A DNA stretch of 64,000 nucleotides, taken from positions 4,160,001 to 4,224,000 of the forward strand of contig OY970166.1 of assembly GCA_963706595.1 (NCBI GenBank), given 5' to 3'. Numbering within the stretch: the first letter of the stretch is position 1; the number at the start of each line of letters is the position of its first letter. The stretch comes from an uncultured cyanobacterium. GTDB lineage: Bacteria; Cyanobacteriota; Cyanobacteriia; Cyanobacteriales; Nostocaceae. The position numbers and the translations under genes were made by a program. A model generated the notes under the pieces. It had not been told where the DNA came from. It saw only the letters and a program-made list of their open reading frames with translations, and ran no database searches. This document shows positions 18,802 to 30,731 of this stretch, piece by piece.

Positions 18802-20112
18802 ATGCAAGCAGAATATCAGCAACGTCGCGATCGCTTAATGGCAAAAATTGGTCATGGTACGGCGATTTTTCGCAGTGCGCCAATGGCCGTCATGCACAAC
18901 GATGTGGAATACACTTATCGTCAGGACAGTGATTTTTTCTATCTGACTGGGTTTAATGAACCGCAAGCCGTCGCAGTGTTAGCCCCACACCATGCAGAAC
19001 ATCGGTTTGTGTTGTTTGTCCAACCGAAGGATCGGGAAAAGGAAGTTTGGACTGGTTATCTTTGTGGGGTGGATGCAGCCAAGGAAAAGTATGGTGCGGA
19101 TGCAGCTTACCCCATATCGGAACTTGATGAAAAGTTGCCCCAGTATTTGGAAAAAGCTGATCGCATTTACTATCATTTAGGACGCGATCGCACTTTTAAT
19201 GATACCATCCTCGGACATTACCAACGCTTACTGCGGACTTATCCCAAGCGGGGGACAGGGCCAACTGGCATTGAAGATACTGGAACCATCCTCAACAGTA
19301 TGAGATTGGTGAAAAGTGAAGCCGAATTAGAATTGATGCGCCAAGCGGCGGACATTGCTGTGGAAGCACACAATCGCGCTAGGGAATTTACCGCACCTGG
19401 ACGTTATGAGTACGAAATCCAGGCGGAAATAGAACATACCTTTAAGTTACGGGGTGGGATGGGGCCAGCTTATCCTTCCATTGTGGCTTCTGGTGTGAAT
19501 GCCTGTGTATTACATTACGTCGAAAATCATCGGCAAATGCAAGATCAAGAATTGCTGCTGATTGATGCTGGTTGTGCTTATGGTTATTACAACTCTGATA
19601 TTACCAGGACATTTCCGGTAGGTGGTAAGTTTACACCAGAGCAAAAAACATTGTATGAGATTGTTTTAGAGGCTCAAAAACAGGCGATCGCTCAAGTAAA
19701 GCCCGGTAATACTTTTAACGCCGTTCACGATGCAGCCGTGCGTGTAATCACAGAAGGATTAGTAGAACTTGGTATCCTCAAAGGTGAAATTGACAAGTTA
19801 ATTGAGGAAGAAAAATATAAACCCTATTATATGCACCGTACCAGCCATTGGTTAGGTTTGGATGTTCACGATGTGGGTGTTTACCAACACGGCGAAGATA
19901 AACCGCAGATTTTGCAACCTGGACAGGTGTTAACCGTGGAACCGGGAATTTATATAGTTCCAGAGACCAAACTAGCAGAAGACCAACCAGAAACAGACCC
20001 GCGCTGGGTGGGGATTGGGATTCGCATTGAAGATGATGTTTTGGTAACACCTACAGGAAATGAAGTTTTAACGGCTGGGGTTCCCAAAGAAGTAGCGGAA
20101 GTGGAACGATAA
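18802..20112 (+). CDS. pepP: Xaa-Pro aminopeptidase
   Basis: YRQDSDFFYLTG, DAG, SDITRTFP, HWLGLDVHD, TVEPGIY, GIRIEDD. Confidence 0.95.
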   Translation: MQAEYQQRRDRLMAKIGHGTAIFRSAPMAVMHNDVEYTYRQDSDFFYLTGFNEPQAVAVLAPHHAEHRFVLFVQPKDREKEVWTGYLCGVDAAKEKYGADAAYPISELDEKLPQYLEKADRIYYHLGRDRTFNDTILGHYQRLLRTYPKRGTGPTGIEDTGTILNSMRLVKSEAELELMRQAADIAVEAHNRAREFTAPGRYEYEIQAEIEHTFKLRGGMGPAYPSIVASGVNACVLHYVENHRQMQDQELLLIDAGCAYGYYNSDITRTFPVGGKFTPEQKTLYEIVLEAQKQAIAQVKPGNTFNAVHDAAVRVITEGLVELGILKGEIDKLIEEEKYKPYYMHRTSHWLGLDVHDVGVYQHGEDKPQILQPGQVLTVEPGIYIVPETKLAEDQPETDPRWVGIGIRIEDDVLVTPTGNEVLTAGVPKEVAEVER

Positions 20113-20124
20113 AAAATGGGGATG

Positions 20125-20211
20125 GTTAACAGTTATCAGTTAATAGGATAACTTGTTAACAGTTAACTGTTAACTGTTAACTGTTAACTGTTAACTGTTA
20201 ACTGTTAACTG
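20125..20211. repeat. Heptamer STRR (CTGTTAA)n with inverted copies, between convergent genes
   Basis: About 7 tandem copies plus upstream inverted units; could fold as a bidirectional terminator. Confidence 0.8.
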
Positions 20212-20213
20212 AT

Positions 20214-20768
20214 TTAAGTGCGATCGCATATCTGTTCTACGGAAATAGAAACATCTGGAAATGCCAGAGGTTGAATTGTTCCTGTCCTCAAGGTTTGTTT
20301 TGTGGCGTATTCTCCATCTAGGATGTCTCTAAACACCACTAAATGTAACTTTTTCAGATTTACAACCCAATACTCTAAAATACCTGCTGCGGCGTAAATT
20401 TTAGGCTTTAGTGCTAAATCTTTCTCTAAACTAGAGTTAGCATACTCAATTAACCAAAAAATATTTTCAGGATAGGGATGATGTTCTCGATACTCCCGTC
20501 CTAAACATTGGACAATGGCTAAATCAGGTTCGGGTTCCGAGTCGTTGGGTAGGGTAATGGGTTTAGCTTGACGTATCGTGGCACGTGTACCTAACAAATC
20601 TGTGAGATACTGACCCGCTTCATGGCTACAATAAGCATGGGGTTCTCCTTCTGGCGACATTTCGACGATTTCTCCTTCCAGTAATTCCACCTTGCGATCG
20701 CACAAAATACCAGAGTCAATCATGCTGTGATATTCGTCAATTGTCCACTTAGCCAGAATTACGTTCAT
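20214..20768 (-). CDS. Uma2 family (PDDEXK_3) endonuclease-fold protein
   Basis: VELLEGEIVEMSP, EPEPDLAIV, K..IYAAAGILEYWVVNL. Confidence 0.92.
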   Translation of the reverse strand: MNVILAKWTIDEYHSMIDSGILCDRKVELLEGEIVEMSPEGEPHAYCSHEAGQYLTDLLGTRATIRQAKPITLPNDSEPEPDLAIVQCLGREYREHHPYPENIFWLIEYANSSLEKDLALKPKIYAAAGILEYWVVNLKKLHLVVFRDILDGEYATKQTLRTGTIQPLAFPDVSISVEQICDRT

Positions 20769-20955
20769 GACGATTGATTCCTCCCAATCATGCTTTCATC
20801 TACTATACAGCTGCGCTAATTCGGCCTGTGGTGTGCTGTAATTCCTCTTCTGGGTAGTAGCAGTCAATACTAAACTATCACGCCATAATAGTTTATTCAT
20901 ACTTTAAAATAATTACTCTAAATTATTACAAATAATCTATCCTGTCCTACTACCC

Positions 20956-23900
20956 ATGATTGAATTTACCAACTACATCCAAGACTTACAAACCAATATT
21001 AAACGCGGTGGAGAACGCAGTCATTACCCCAGTTTACAACGGCTGATTGAAGGCTTAATGATTGGAATTAATGCCACAATTGAAGAAAAAGGTAATCAAG
21101 AGGGTATTCCTGATTTCACTATCAGAAAAAATGATCGAGTTTTAGGATATATAGAAGCTAAAGATATTAATGTCGATTTAGCTAAAACCGAAAAAAACGA
21201 ACAACTCAAACGTTATTTAGAATCAAACATTGGTTATAACTTGATTTTAACTAATTATCTCGAATTTCGTTGGTACGTAGATGGAGAATGTGAAAAAACT
21301 GCTAAATTAGCTAATTTAGAACAAGGTGAAATTATCCTAATTGATAATTTACAGCCCATTGAAGAATTACTGCAATTATTTCTCAATCAAAAAGCCAAAG
21401 ATATTAATAACTATTATGATTTGGCTAAAGAAATGGCAGCTTATACTAAAACTATTAGAAATGCGATTTTCTCAACTTTAGATATAGAAGCAAACACCGA
21501 AGAATTAAATCAATTAAAAGAAACATTTAAACAAATATTGATTCTGGATATAGATAATCAAAGTTTTGCTGATATGTATGCTCAAACCATTGCTTATGGT
21601 TTATTTACAGCGAAAATTGGTCACGCACAAAACCCAGGACAATCTGCATTCAACCGCACAACAGCAAGTATTTATATTAGTGATAGAATCCCTTTTTTAA
21701 AAGGTTTATTCGATATAGTTATTGCTACTGATGGCGTGAGCAAAATTCACAAATCAATTGAAAATTTAGTAGAATTACTAAATTCAGTTGACATGACCAA
21801 TATTTTAGAAACATTTGGACAAGAAACCCGCACAGAAGACCCAGTTATTCACTTTTATGAAACATTTTTAGCAGCTTATCAATCTTCATTAAGAAAAAGT
21901 CGCGGAGTTTATTACACTCCTGAACCTGTAGTTAATTTTATAGTTCGTGCTGTAAATGATATTTTAGTGAATGAAGAAATATTTGATTTACAACGTGGTT
22001 TAGGAAATCGTAAAGTCACAATTCTTGACCCCGCAACAGGAACCGGAACTTTTTTATATGCAGTTATTAAACAAATTCGGGATAATGTTTCTAAATATGG
22101 AATCGATAAATGGAATACTTTTTTAAGAGATGCTAAACTTGTAAATCGCCTATTTGGCTTTGAGTTATTCATGACTCCTTATACTATAGCACATTTAAAA
22201 TTAGGGTTATTATTAGGAGATTTAGGTTATAAATTTGATTCAGAAGAAAGATTAAAAGTTTATTTAACTAATGCGTTAGAGGAAGGCATAAAACAAGGTG
22301 ATTTAATTCCTGGTATTACCCAAATTATTGCGGAAGAATCAAGTCAAGCAGGAAAAGTAAAAACCGAAGTTCCGGTAATGGTGGTATTAGGAAATCCTCC
22401 TTATTCTGTTAGTTCTCAAAATGCGAGTAAACGCAAAAGGCTTTTAAATCAAGACGAGAAATATTTAGCTGATGTTGAATATACTGGTTCAGCTTGGAAT
22501 AAGAAATATAAAACTGGGAAAGCTGGTAAAACTATTACTGAGTTAACCCATATTGGCGAACTTTTAGAATTATATAAAGGTCGAGTCAGGTTAGAAAAAG
22601 AAAAAAATATTCAACCTCTGGATGATGATTATATTAAATTTATTCGTTTTGCTCAATATCAAATTCAAAAAACACCCAAAGGTTATGGAATTATTGGTTT
22701 TATTACTAATCATTCCTATCTCAATGGTTTAATTCATCGGGGAATGAGAGAGGAGTTATTAAAGTATTTTGATAGTTTATATATCATGGATTTGCATGGT
22801 AATTCTTTATTAAAAGAAACTACACCCGATGGAAATATTGATCAAAATGTTTTTGATATTCAGCAAGGAGTAGCAATTTTAATTGCTGTGCGGGAAAAAA
22901 GCGAACCTGATTATTTTTCTACTGCTTATAAATCCAGAGATGGTGTGAAGGAAATGGCGAAGGTGTTATATTATGATCTCTGGGGAAGTCGTGAAGATAA
23001 ATATCGGTTTTTGGAATCTGCAAGTTTAAATGATGTTGATTGGATAGAGTTAAAACCAACAGCACCTAATTACTTTTTTGCACCGAAAGATTTTGATTTA
23101 GTTACAGAATATAATCAAGGTTGGATTGTTACAGATATTTTTCCTGTTAATTCTAGTGGTGTTAAAACACATCGAGATCATTTTGCAATTGATTTTGATT
23201 TAGATAAACTTTATAAAAGAATAAAAGATTTTATAGACTTACGAATCACAGATGAACAAATATCTACTATTTATGATTTAAAAGATACTCGTGATTGGAA
23301 GCTTTCTTTCAAGAGGTTATCACTAAATAAAAATTTAAAATGGGAAAATTATTTCACTACATATTTATATCGTCCCTTTGATAGCAGATTCTATTATCAT
23401 CACAAAGATATTGTAGAACTGACCAAACATGAAGTCATGAGAAATTTACAATTTGATAATTTAGCATTCATTTTATGTCGTCAGCAAAAAGAGATCGGTT
23501 TTAAACATTGTTTTGTAACGAATGAGATAGGAGATGGTAATACTATTTCAATTCATTCAAGAGAATACAACTATTATTTCCCTCTCTATACTTACCCAAA
23601 TACAGAAAATCAACAAACGAACCTATTTATAGAAAAAACTTCTAATTTATCCCCAAAATTTTTAGAAACCATCAAAATAAAATTGGGTAAAAAACCAACT
23701 CCAGAACAAATATTTTACTATGCTTATGCTATTTTTCATAGTCCCACCTATCGCAGCAGATACGCTGAATTTCTCAAAATAGATTTTCCTCGTCTTCCCT
23801 TAACCAGTAATCAAAAACTGTTTAACTTATTAGCTGAAAAAGGAGAAGAATTAGTCAATTTACATTTAATGAAATCTAGCACACTGAATAATTTAATCAC

Positions 23901-24195
23901 GACATTTGTAAATCAGGGAAATAACCAAGTTAATGAAGTAACTTATAATTCAGAGTTGCAAAGAATATATATCAATAAACAGAGTTATTTTACAGATATT
24001 CCTCAACATATCTGGGAATTTAAAATAGGTGGATATCAAGTATTAGATAAATGGTTGAAAGATAGAAAAAATGCTCATCGTCTATTGTCAGAAGAAGAAG
24101 TTAACCACTATCAAAAAATTGTTGTTGTTTTAACAGAAACCTTGCGGTTAATGCAGGAAATTGATAGTTTAATTCCTGGGTTTCCCATAGAATAA
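20956..24195 (+). CDS. Single-chain restriction-modification enzyme (PD-(D/E)XK nuclease + N6-adenine MTase + Type ISP-like C-terminal specificity domain)
   Basis: PDF...GYIEAKD, GVYYTPEPVV, motif I ILDPATGTGTF, motif IV GNPPY, YRPFD, DFPRLP and IGGYQVLDKWLKDRK; no helicase domain. Confidence 0.9.
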   Translation: MIEFTNYIQDLQTNIKRGGERSHYPSLQRLIEGLMIGINATIEEKGNQEGIPDFTIRKNDRVLGYIEAKDINVDLAKTEKNEQLKRYLESNIGYNLILTNYLEFRWYVDGECEKTAKLANLEQGEIILIDNLQPIEELLQLFLNQKAKDINNYYDLAKEMAAYTKTIRNAIFSTLDIEANTEELNQLKETFKQILILDIDNQSFADMYAQTIAYGLFTAKIGHAQNPGQSAFNRTTASIYISDRIPFLKGLFDIVIATDGVSKIHKSIENLVELLNSVDMTNILETFGQETRTEDPVIHFYETFLAAYQSSLRKSRGVYYTPEPVVNFIVRAVNDILVNEEIFDLQRGLGNRKVTILDPATGTGTFLYAVIKQIRDNVSKYGIDKWNTFLRDAKLVNRLFGFELFMTPYTIAHLKLGLLLGDLGYKFDSEERLKVYLTNALEEGIKQGDLIPGITQIIAEESSQAGKVKTEVPVMVVLGNPPYSVSSQNASKRKRLLNQDEKYLADVEYTGSAWNKKYKTGKAGKTITELTHIGELLELYKGRVRLEKEKNIQPLDDDYIKFIRFAQYQIQKTPKGYGIIGFITNHSYLNGLIHRGMREELLKYFDSLYIMDLHGNSLLKETTPDGNIDQNVFDIQQGVAILIAVREKSEPDYFSTAYKSRDGVKEMAKVLYYDLWGSREDKYRFLESASLNDVDWIELKPTAPNYFFAPKDFDLVTEYNQGWIVTDIFPVNSSGVKTHRDHFAIDFDLDKLYKRIKDFIDLRITDEQISTIYDLKDTRDWKLSFKRLSLNKNLKWENYFTTYLYRPFDSRFYYHHKDIVELTKHEVMRNLQFDNLAFILCRQQKEIGFKHCFVTNEIGDGNTISIHSREYNYYFPLYTYPNTENQQTNLFIEKTSNLSPKFLETIKIKLGKKPTPEQIFYYAYAIFHSPTYRSRYAEFLKIDFPRLPLTSNQKLFNLLAEKGEELVNLHLMKSSTLNNLITTFVNQGNNQVNEVTYNSELQRIYINKQSYFTDIPQHIWEFKIGGYQVLDKWLKDRKNAHRLLSEEEVNHYQKIVVVLTETLRLMQEIDSLIPGFPIE

Positions 24196-24280
24196 TATAA
24201 GTGTATATGGTTGACACAATGCTCATTTTTTTATATCTTTACACACCCCAACAGATAAAACAAAAAATATCTGTAATTAA

Positions 24281-25867
24281 CTAACCTCTTTCCTTAAACC
24301 AGCGCACAATTTTATCAGCTAAATTATTAAAAAAGTGTTCAGTCAGCGTATCCTCACCACCCCAAGCGGGAATTTTTGCCCCCAATCTAGTGAAAAAATC
24401 ATAGATAATAAATTGAGCGAGTTTGCTTCTTTTTCCAGTCGCTGAATAAATCATCTGACAGGGGTAAGCTAAAGTACCAACAGTAGGAAGTAAACCTACT
24501 ATCAAAGCGAACCAAGGTACTTCTCTACCTTCCCTGGCTTCTTCAATCATTCTCCAGGATGTATAGATACTCCTATATACTGGACCACCAACCGCGAACC
24601 AAATTATCAATACTATTTCATTAATAATCCCGGTAGAATATAATATTGGTAACATTAAAATTTCTAGTCCTTTAAAAAATCCTTTAATGCCCAGATGTAC
24701 ACCAAAATCTGTTAAATAAGCACTAGCATTTTCACTAGATAAGCGTGTAAATAGATCATTGGCTTCTTCAGATTTAAGTTGACCACGTTTTTGCCAAGCC
24801 AAAATTCTATTAGAGACATAATCTCTGGCAATTTTTAATCTATAACGCTGAGAAACAAAAAATTTACCCAACTGTTTCACTATTCTTTGATAATGAATAG
24901 TTTTTAGTTTGTTAAATATTTTTGATGGCAAAGAAATTATCAGGAATTTCACGCCTATGCTAATTATTTTCCCTAACTCTCGTATATACCAAATCAACGG
25001 ATATTGAGAAAACCAGTTAGCCTGTTCTTCAGTGATATAACTCTTGTGTAATTGATATTTAATACTTCTATCAAACCTCCTCATTGATTTCCATTTTTTT
25101 TGATTATATTCGAGATGTTCGACCTGTTCTAAAATTTCTAAATATTCTTCAGTTCCTAATATATCTTCTAAACCAACCTTTTCCTGAGAGATATATTGCT
25201 TCAATTTATTAATATCTACATCATCAAATAATGGATTTCTATGTTTAAATGCCTTTGGTAAATAAAATGAGAAAAGTGTGAAAAAATTAATAGGAAATAA
25301 GGCCGGAACACCAGACTCGCAGTCTATAAATACAAAAACATATTTTTCTGCTGTATTACTTTCTAATAAAAAATTGTTTAAAGCTGTGGGACTACCTTTA
25401 CCAGCTTGCCAAACCAGACCATCAAAGCCAGATTTTATTAGTAGTTTTTGCAAAGGTATCATAATAACGTGAACTAACTCCCGCAACTCTTCGCCTTGAT
25501 TTTGATTAAAAGGTTGGTGTAGTTCAACGTGTCTCCCACTAATAAATTCTGTATCTAATTGATAGGCTTGAAATTCTTCATTCCACCCCATAGCAAATGC
25601 GTCCGCAACTCTGAGTTGAGAACCAAACCAAAATTTAACCAGTTGCTTTAATATTTTGCGGCGATAGTAAGCACAGCTTAAGGCATTTTGGTTCCAAACG
25701 TAAGGATTAGGAACACCAAAGAAAAAATAATGAATTAAGTTGGCTATCTTGTCCTCAAAGAAGATTTTTCTAGCAATAGAACCTTCAGGTGTATTAACTA
25801 AATAAACTTGTCCTGATTTACCTGCACCTAACAACTTCGGGGGAGAATCCTGTGGAATGTCTACCAT
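24281..25867 (-). CDS. Hypothetical protein with atypical kinase-like N-terminus and C-terminal TM helices
   Basis: LLGAGKSGQVY Gly loop, ARKIF, NNFLL, FIDCE; hydrophobic segments near the C-terminus. Confidence 0.6.
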   Translation of the reverse strand: MVDIPQDSPPKLLGAGKSGQVYLVNTPEGSIARKIFFEDKIANLIHYFFFGVPNPYVWNQNALSCAYYRRKILKQLVKFWFGSQLRVADAFAMGWNEEFQAYQLDTEFISGRHVELHQPFNQNQGEELRELVHVIMIPLQKLLIKSGFDGLVWQAGKGSPTALNNFLLESNTAEKYVFVFIDCESGVPALFPINFFTLFSFYLPKAFKHRNPLFDDVDINKLKQYISQEKVGLEDILGTEEYLEILEQVEHLEYNQKKWKSMRRFDRSIKYQLHKSYITEEQANWFSQYPLIWYIRELGKIISIGVKFLIISLPSKIFNKLKTIHYQRIVKQLGKFFVSQRYRLKIARDYVSNRILAWQKRGQLKSEEANDLFTRLSSENASAYLTDFGVHLGIKGFFKGLEILMLPILYSTGIINEIVLIIWFAVGGPVYRSIYTSWRMIEEAREGREVPWFALIVGLLPTVGTLAYPCQMIYSATGKRSKLAQFIIYDFFTRLGAKIPAWGGEDTLTEHFFNNLADKIVRWFKERG

Positions 25868-25940
25868 CTGAGGTTTTATATTTTAATAAAATTAAGATCC
25901 GTCCATCAATACCTTCGCCAAATTGAAAAAAGCCTAAATT

Positions 25941-26110
25941 CGTAGGTTTGGTTGTTCGCGGTAGCGTTGCGGAGCAATCAGCATGAAACCCAACAAATGC
26001 GTTGGGTTGCGCTGTCGCTTAACCTAACCTACAATTTTTTTGCAACATTTTAAGCTTGTCACGCCACTAAATATACTTGGATTTTTTCAATAATCAAATC
26101 GGATTCCTAT
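25941..26110. repeat. Composite MITE-like repeat fragments
   Basis: GTAGGTT..AACCTAC hairpin, TIR end CATTTTAAGCTTGTCACGCCACTA, tail ATAATCAAATCGGATTCCTAT shared with 38407-38427. Confidence 0.7.
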
Positions 26111-26226
26111 ATATAGATCCATTATTAGAGACAACCGTAAATTTATTAACATTTAGTCAAAAAAATAGGGATGGTTGATACCATCCCCATTAATCTCAAA
26201 TTCAATCTCAAATTCAATTCAAAACC

Positions 26227-28113
26227 TTACAGTTGTGGTACAAACTGAACTTTTTCAGGTACTTCAGCGTACTCAGCGACAATTTGGCGGAATTCTTCAC
26301 CGTCAATGGTTTCTTTTTCGATGAGCAAATCTACTAGGCGATCGCAGACGGTACGATGATCACGCATAATTTGTTTAGCGTTGTCATAGCACTTTTCTAC
26401 AATTTCCCGGACTTGAGCATCGATTCGAGCCGCAATGGATTCCGAATACTCAGAGCGGGTAGTCCAATCACGACCCAAGAATACTTCTCCCTGTTGGCTT
26501 TCCAAGGATAGTGGACCTAAGTCGGACATTCCGAAGCGAGTCACCATTTGGCGAGCCATTGCTGATAGCTGTTGCAAGTCTCCACCCGCGCCAGTTGTGA
26601 CTTCCGCAGCGCCAAACACAATTTCTTCAGCAGCGCGTCCACCTAACGCACCAGTAATTCTGGCTTTGAGTTGAGAACGGGAAATTAATCCTTGTTCTTC
26701 ATCAGGAGTAAACCAAGTTAAACCCTGTGCTTGTCCGCGTGGGATCAGAGTAACTTTCTGCACGGGGTCATGTTCTTTTAACAAAGTCCCGACTAAAGCG
26801 TGTCCGACTTCATGGTAAGCAATTAAGCGTTTGCTTTTGCTGTCTACCAAAGGAGTACCTTCCATACCCGCAACCACTCTATCCACTGCATCATCAATTT
26901 CGCGGATGGTGATGGCTTCTTTACGCCTTCTAGCGGTAAGAATTGCGGCTTCGTTGAGTAAGTTGGCTAAATCTGCACCAGTGAAACCAGGAGTTCGACG
27001 AGCGATCGCATCTAAAGATACACTAGGATCAAGCTTCTTATTCCGGGAGTGAACTTGTAAAACTTCCAAACGTCCTTTAATATCAGGTGCATCAACAGTG
27101 ATTTGGCGGTCAAAACGACCGGGACGCAATAAAGCTGAATCTAATACGTCAGGACGGTTGGTAGCAGCAATAATAATAATCCCTGTATTGCCTTCAAAGC
27201 CATCCATTTCGGTGAGCAATTGGTTGAGGGTTTGCTCTCTTTCATCATTACCGCCACCAATCCCAGCGCCTCTTTGCCGTCCCACAGCGTCGATTTCATC
27301 GATAAAGATGATACAGGGAGCGTTATCTTTGGCTTTCTTGAACAAATCGCGGACGCGGGATGCACCCACACCAACGAACATTTCCACAAATTCTGAACCA
27401 GAAATACTAAAGAAAGGAACACCAGCTTCCCCAGATATAGCCTTAGCTAGTAAAGTTTTACCAGTTCCTGGAGGTCCAATTAACAACACACCTTTAGGAA
27501 TGCGTGCGCCTACAGCCGTAAACTTTTCTGGCTGTTTGAGGAAGGTAACAACTTCTTGCAGTTCTTCTTTAGCTTCTTCAATACCTGCTACGTCGTCAAA
27601 TTTGACTCCGGTTTTTGCTTCCATTTGGAAACGAGCCTTCGATTTGCCAAAGTTCATCGCTTGACCAGGACCACCGGGCATATTGCTAGAGCGACGGAAC
27701 AAAAAGAACAATCCAGTAATCAATAAGATTGGAAAAATGAGATTCCCCAACAGTCCCCAGATCGCGCCATCATTACGCATAGGGTGGGCATCAAAACTAA
27801 TGTTTTTTTCTTTGAGCTTGGTAATTAACTCCGGAGAATTAATCGGCAAGTCCACCCGCCACCGTTGGATACGATTTTCGATATCTTGATCGTTTGCTTC
27901 GACAATTGCCGTTCTGCCGCCTTCATACAAGTCAACACTGGTAACACGGTTAGCGTCCAAGTATTCCAGAAAGCGACCATAGGTCATGCGGGTGTTGGCT
28001 GTATTTCTACTCATATCAGCCGGAGCGCCAGCAAAAGCCCCTTGCCAGAAGAAAAAGCCAATTACCAAAGCAGGCAATGTCCAGAGTACTGCGACTCTCC
28101 AGGAGAATTTCAT
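26227..28113 (-). CDS. ftsH2: ATP-dependent zinc metalloprotease FtsH2
   Basis: [22 protein letters not shown]-terminal MKFSWR and [10 protein letters not shown] typical of FtsH2. Confidence 0.93.
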   Translation of the reverse strand: MKFSWRVAVLWTLPALVIGFFFWQGAFAGAPADMSRNTANTRMTYGRFLEYLDANRVTSVDLYEGGRTAIVEANDQDIENRIQRWRVDLPINSPELITKLKEKNISFDAHPMRNDGAIWGLLGNLIFPILLITGLFFLFRRSSNMPGGPGQAMNFGKSKARFQMEAKTGVKFDDVAGIEEAKEELQEVVTFLKQPEKFTAVGARIPKGVLLIGPPGTGKTLLAKAISGEAGVPFFSISGSEFVEMFVGVGASRVRDLFKKAKDNAPCIIFIDEIDAVGRQRGAGIGGGNDEREQTLNQLLTEMDGFEGNTGIIIIAATNRPDVLDSALLRPGRFDRQITVDAPDIKGRLEVLQVHSRNKKLDPSVSLDAIARRTPGFTGADLANLLNEAAILTARRRKEAITIREIDDAVDRVVAGMEGTPLVDSKSKRLIAYHEVGHALVGTLLKEHDPVQKVTLIPRGQAQGLTWFTPDEEQGLISRSQLKARITGALGGRAAEEIVFGAAEVTTGAGGDLQQLSAMARQMVTRFGMSDLGPLSLESQQGEVFLGRDWTTRSEYSESIAARIDAQVREIVEKCYDNAKQIMRDHRTVCDRLVDLLIEKETIDGEEFRQIVAEYAEVPEKVQFVPQL

Positions 28114-28525
28114 TTTAATTTGCCTCTAGATGCCAATACAATTAACCATCTCTAAAAACTGATGATGCAATTCACCTGCGATTAGATTAGGTGTGTCATT
28201 TTGTTTAATTTGATCTTTGATCTTAGATCGCGGTAGAGCCATGAGGGCATTACGGCGATGTCAAAAAGTATCTTAATTAAAGTTAACTTAATTTTAATAC
28301 AACTTTGCACTAGAAGAGAAGGAGTTAAGGAGACGAAGAAACAGGTAAAATCGCCACAACAACTATGAATCGGTTATTGCAGCATTTTTACATCACTTAA
28401 AAATTTCCTGAATTCTGGTGAAGAATGGAGATTTGCTTTTTTATCTCCCTCATTTTTCTTGTACAGACGCGATAAATCGCGTCTCTCTTGTTTTTCTTGT
28501 CCGATTGATTGCGTCTCTGAGGTCC

Positions 28526-29020
28526 CTACTTAACTTCTGTAATTTGTAACGTATAGGGAAAATACTTGTCTTTTTGGTATGAACCCACCCAAATTTGGTA
28601 GTTTCCCGGTAGCCATTCCCCCACTATGCCGGGATGTTTGCCCTCAAAATCGTCATTACACCAAGTACCGCCAGGTCCTTTGATAATCATGGTGGTGTCT
28701 TGAGGACTTTGTACTACTAGCTTCAGGTACTCAAAGGAACTTGTTAATTTTAATGTATGTCCTGGGGTGTCATCTACAAATCCGGTACAGGGTCCAGTGG
28801 GTGTTTCAGACCGCCCTGCCACTTTTTTCCCTGGTACTGAGCCGCCACTCATACCCCGAACTGTCAAAGGATCTGGAGAAAATTTTCGCTTAATAGTGAT
28901 GTCTCCAAATATCGGTGATCCTTCCTGAGCATCAGCTATGGCCAGAATTCCTGATGTGAGTCCGAGCGTAACTATCATCAACGATAATCTGATCCCTTGG
29001 TTTAGCGCTATTTTCGGCAT
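28526..29020 (-). CDS. Secreted hypothetical protein (PPC-like domain)
   Basis: Signal peptide; DTTMIIKGPGGTWCNDD...GNYQIWVGS. Confidence 0.65.
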   Translation of the reverse strand: MPKIALNQGIRLSLMIVTLGLTSGILAIADAQEGSPIFGDITIKRKFSPDPLTVRGMSGGSVPGKKVAGRSETPTGPCTGFVDDTPGHTLKLTSSFEYLKLVVQSPQDTTMIIKGPGGTWCNDDFEGKHPGIVGEWLPGNYQIWVGSYQKDKYFPYTLQITEVK

Positions 29021-29136
29021 TGCAGTTACATAAGTTGCTCAGTTTCTTCTCAGACCAGGATTTTAGACAGCAAGTTCCCAAAATCAGAGAAATTGGAGTA
29101 GAGACGTTGTATGCAACGTCTCTACATTCTTTGTTG

Positions 29137-30582
29137 CTAATTTGCAGCCGCGATCGCTTGATTTAAACGTGGCTGGTCTAAACTAACCTGATGCAGGAGT
29201 AACCAAGATTGAATTAGATCAGGTCCATGAACATCTCCGGTTAAAGCGGCTCGAAGCGATCGCATCACTAAGCCTTTCTTGAGTTTTTGCTCTTTGACTA
29301 CCTGTTTAATAATATCTTGGGCGGCTGCTTCCGAAAATTCGGGTTGACTGGACAAAGCTGTGAGAATTGCTTGAAGAGCAACGGCTGAACCTTCTTTTTG
29401 CAGTTGTTCCCTACCTTCTTCAGTAAATTCCACTGTTTCGGTGAAGAAAGGTTGACTCATCTCTACAGCATCTACCAGACGAGTTAAACTCTGGCTGATT
29501 AAAGTCACTAACTGCTCTAACCAGGGGCGTTCTCGTCCACCTGCAAAGCTAAATCCAGCCTCTTCCCAAAAGGGGATGATTGAATCTGTCAGTTTATCTA
29601 TGGGCATACTATGCAGATACTGACTATTTAACCAATCCAGTTTTGCCCAGTCAAATTTAGCCCCGGCTTTGTTCACACGCTCAAAGCTAAAGTTTTTCGC
29701 TGCTGTTTCTAAAGTGAAGATTTCTTCAGTAGAGTCTGGAGGCGACCAACCCAGCAAGGTCATGTAATTGACCAAACCTTCAGCAGTGAAGCCCAATTTC
29801 TGAAAATCCGAAATAGAAGTGACTCCATCCCGTTTAGAAAGCTTGCGCCCTTCCATATTCAAAATCAAAGGCGTGTGGGCAAACTCTGGAATTTTTGCGC
29901 CTAAAGCTTCATATAACAGAATTTGCTTGGCGGTGTTGGCGATGTGGTCTTCTCCCCGGATGACATGGGTAATTTGCATATCTATGTCATCAATCACAAC
30001 GACAAAGTTATACAAGGGTTGACCAATACCTGTTTCTGAGGCGCGGGCGATGACCATATCACCACCCAGATCACTACCTCGCCAAGTCATGGTTCCCCTT
30101 ACTAAGTCATTCCAGACAATTTCTCGTTCGTCAGCAATTTTGAACCGAATGACACAGCTGCGTCCTTCGGCTTTGAAAGCGGCTTCTTGTTCTGGTGTGA
30201 GGTGACGGTGACGGTTATCGTAACGGGGAGCTTCGTTTCTGGCTTTTTGTCTTTCTCTGAGGGTTTCTAATTCTTCTGAGGTTGTATAGCAGCGATAAGC
30301 TAAACCTTGTTCTAAAAGTTTTTCTACCGCCTCTTTATACATATCCAGGCGTTGGGATTGAAAAAATGGTCCCTCATCCCAATTCAGCCCCAGCCAGCGA
30401 AAACCAGCCAGAATATTTTCAGTATATTCGGGACGCGATCGCTCTAGGTCTGTGTCTTCAACGCGTAAAATAAACTGACCACCGTGGTGGCGGGCAAATA
30501 ACCAGTTAAATACAGCAGTTCTGGCTGTACCAATATGTAAATTACCAGTTGGACTCGGTGCAATACGGACTCTAACAGTCAC
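29137..30582 (-). CDS. gltX: Glutamate--tRNA ligase
   Basis: [11 protein letters not shown] (HIGH), KLSKR (KMSKS). Confidence 0.98.
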   Translation of the reverse strand: MTVRVRIAPSPTGNLHIGTARTAVFNWLFARHHGGQFILRVEDTDLERSRPEYTENILAGFRWLGLNWDEGPFFQSQRLDMYKEAVEKLLEQGLAYRCYTTSEELETLRERQKARNEAPRYDNRHRHLTPEQEAAFKAEGRSCVIRFKIADEREIVWNDLVRGTMTWRGSDLGGDMVIARASETGIGQPLYNFVVVIDDIDMQITHVIRGEDHIANTAKQILLYEALGAKIPEFAHTPLILNMEGRKLSKRDGVTSISDFQKLGFTAEGLVNYMTLLGWSPPDSTEEIFTLETAAKNFSFERVNKAGAKFDWAKLDWLNSQYLHSMPIDKLTDSIIPFWEEAGFSFAGGRERPWLEQLVTLISQSLTRLVDAVEMSQPFFTETVEFTEEGREQLQKEGSAVALQAILTALSSQPEFSEAAAQDIIKQVVKEQKLKKGLVMRSLRAALTGDVHGPDLIQSWLLLHQVSLDQPRLNQAIAAAN

Positions 30583-30731
30583 AATTAATTCTCTCTTTCA
30601 CAATCATGATAAATTTAGCTTATAACAAGCCCTGAATCCTGAGTTAAAGGAATAAGGACTTAATATAGATATCCCCAGTCAGATATATATCATCTGCTAG
30701 GGGAAGCAAGAATTATTACTCGAAGTTAGAA

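Noticed and set aside
26435..28155. Several plus-strand ORFs including a 188-aa one
   Set aside because: Antisense shadows of ftsH2; the same applies to short ORFs inside chlD, prfB, pepP and other long genes
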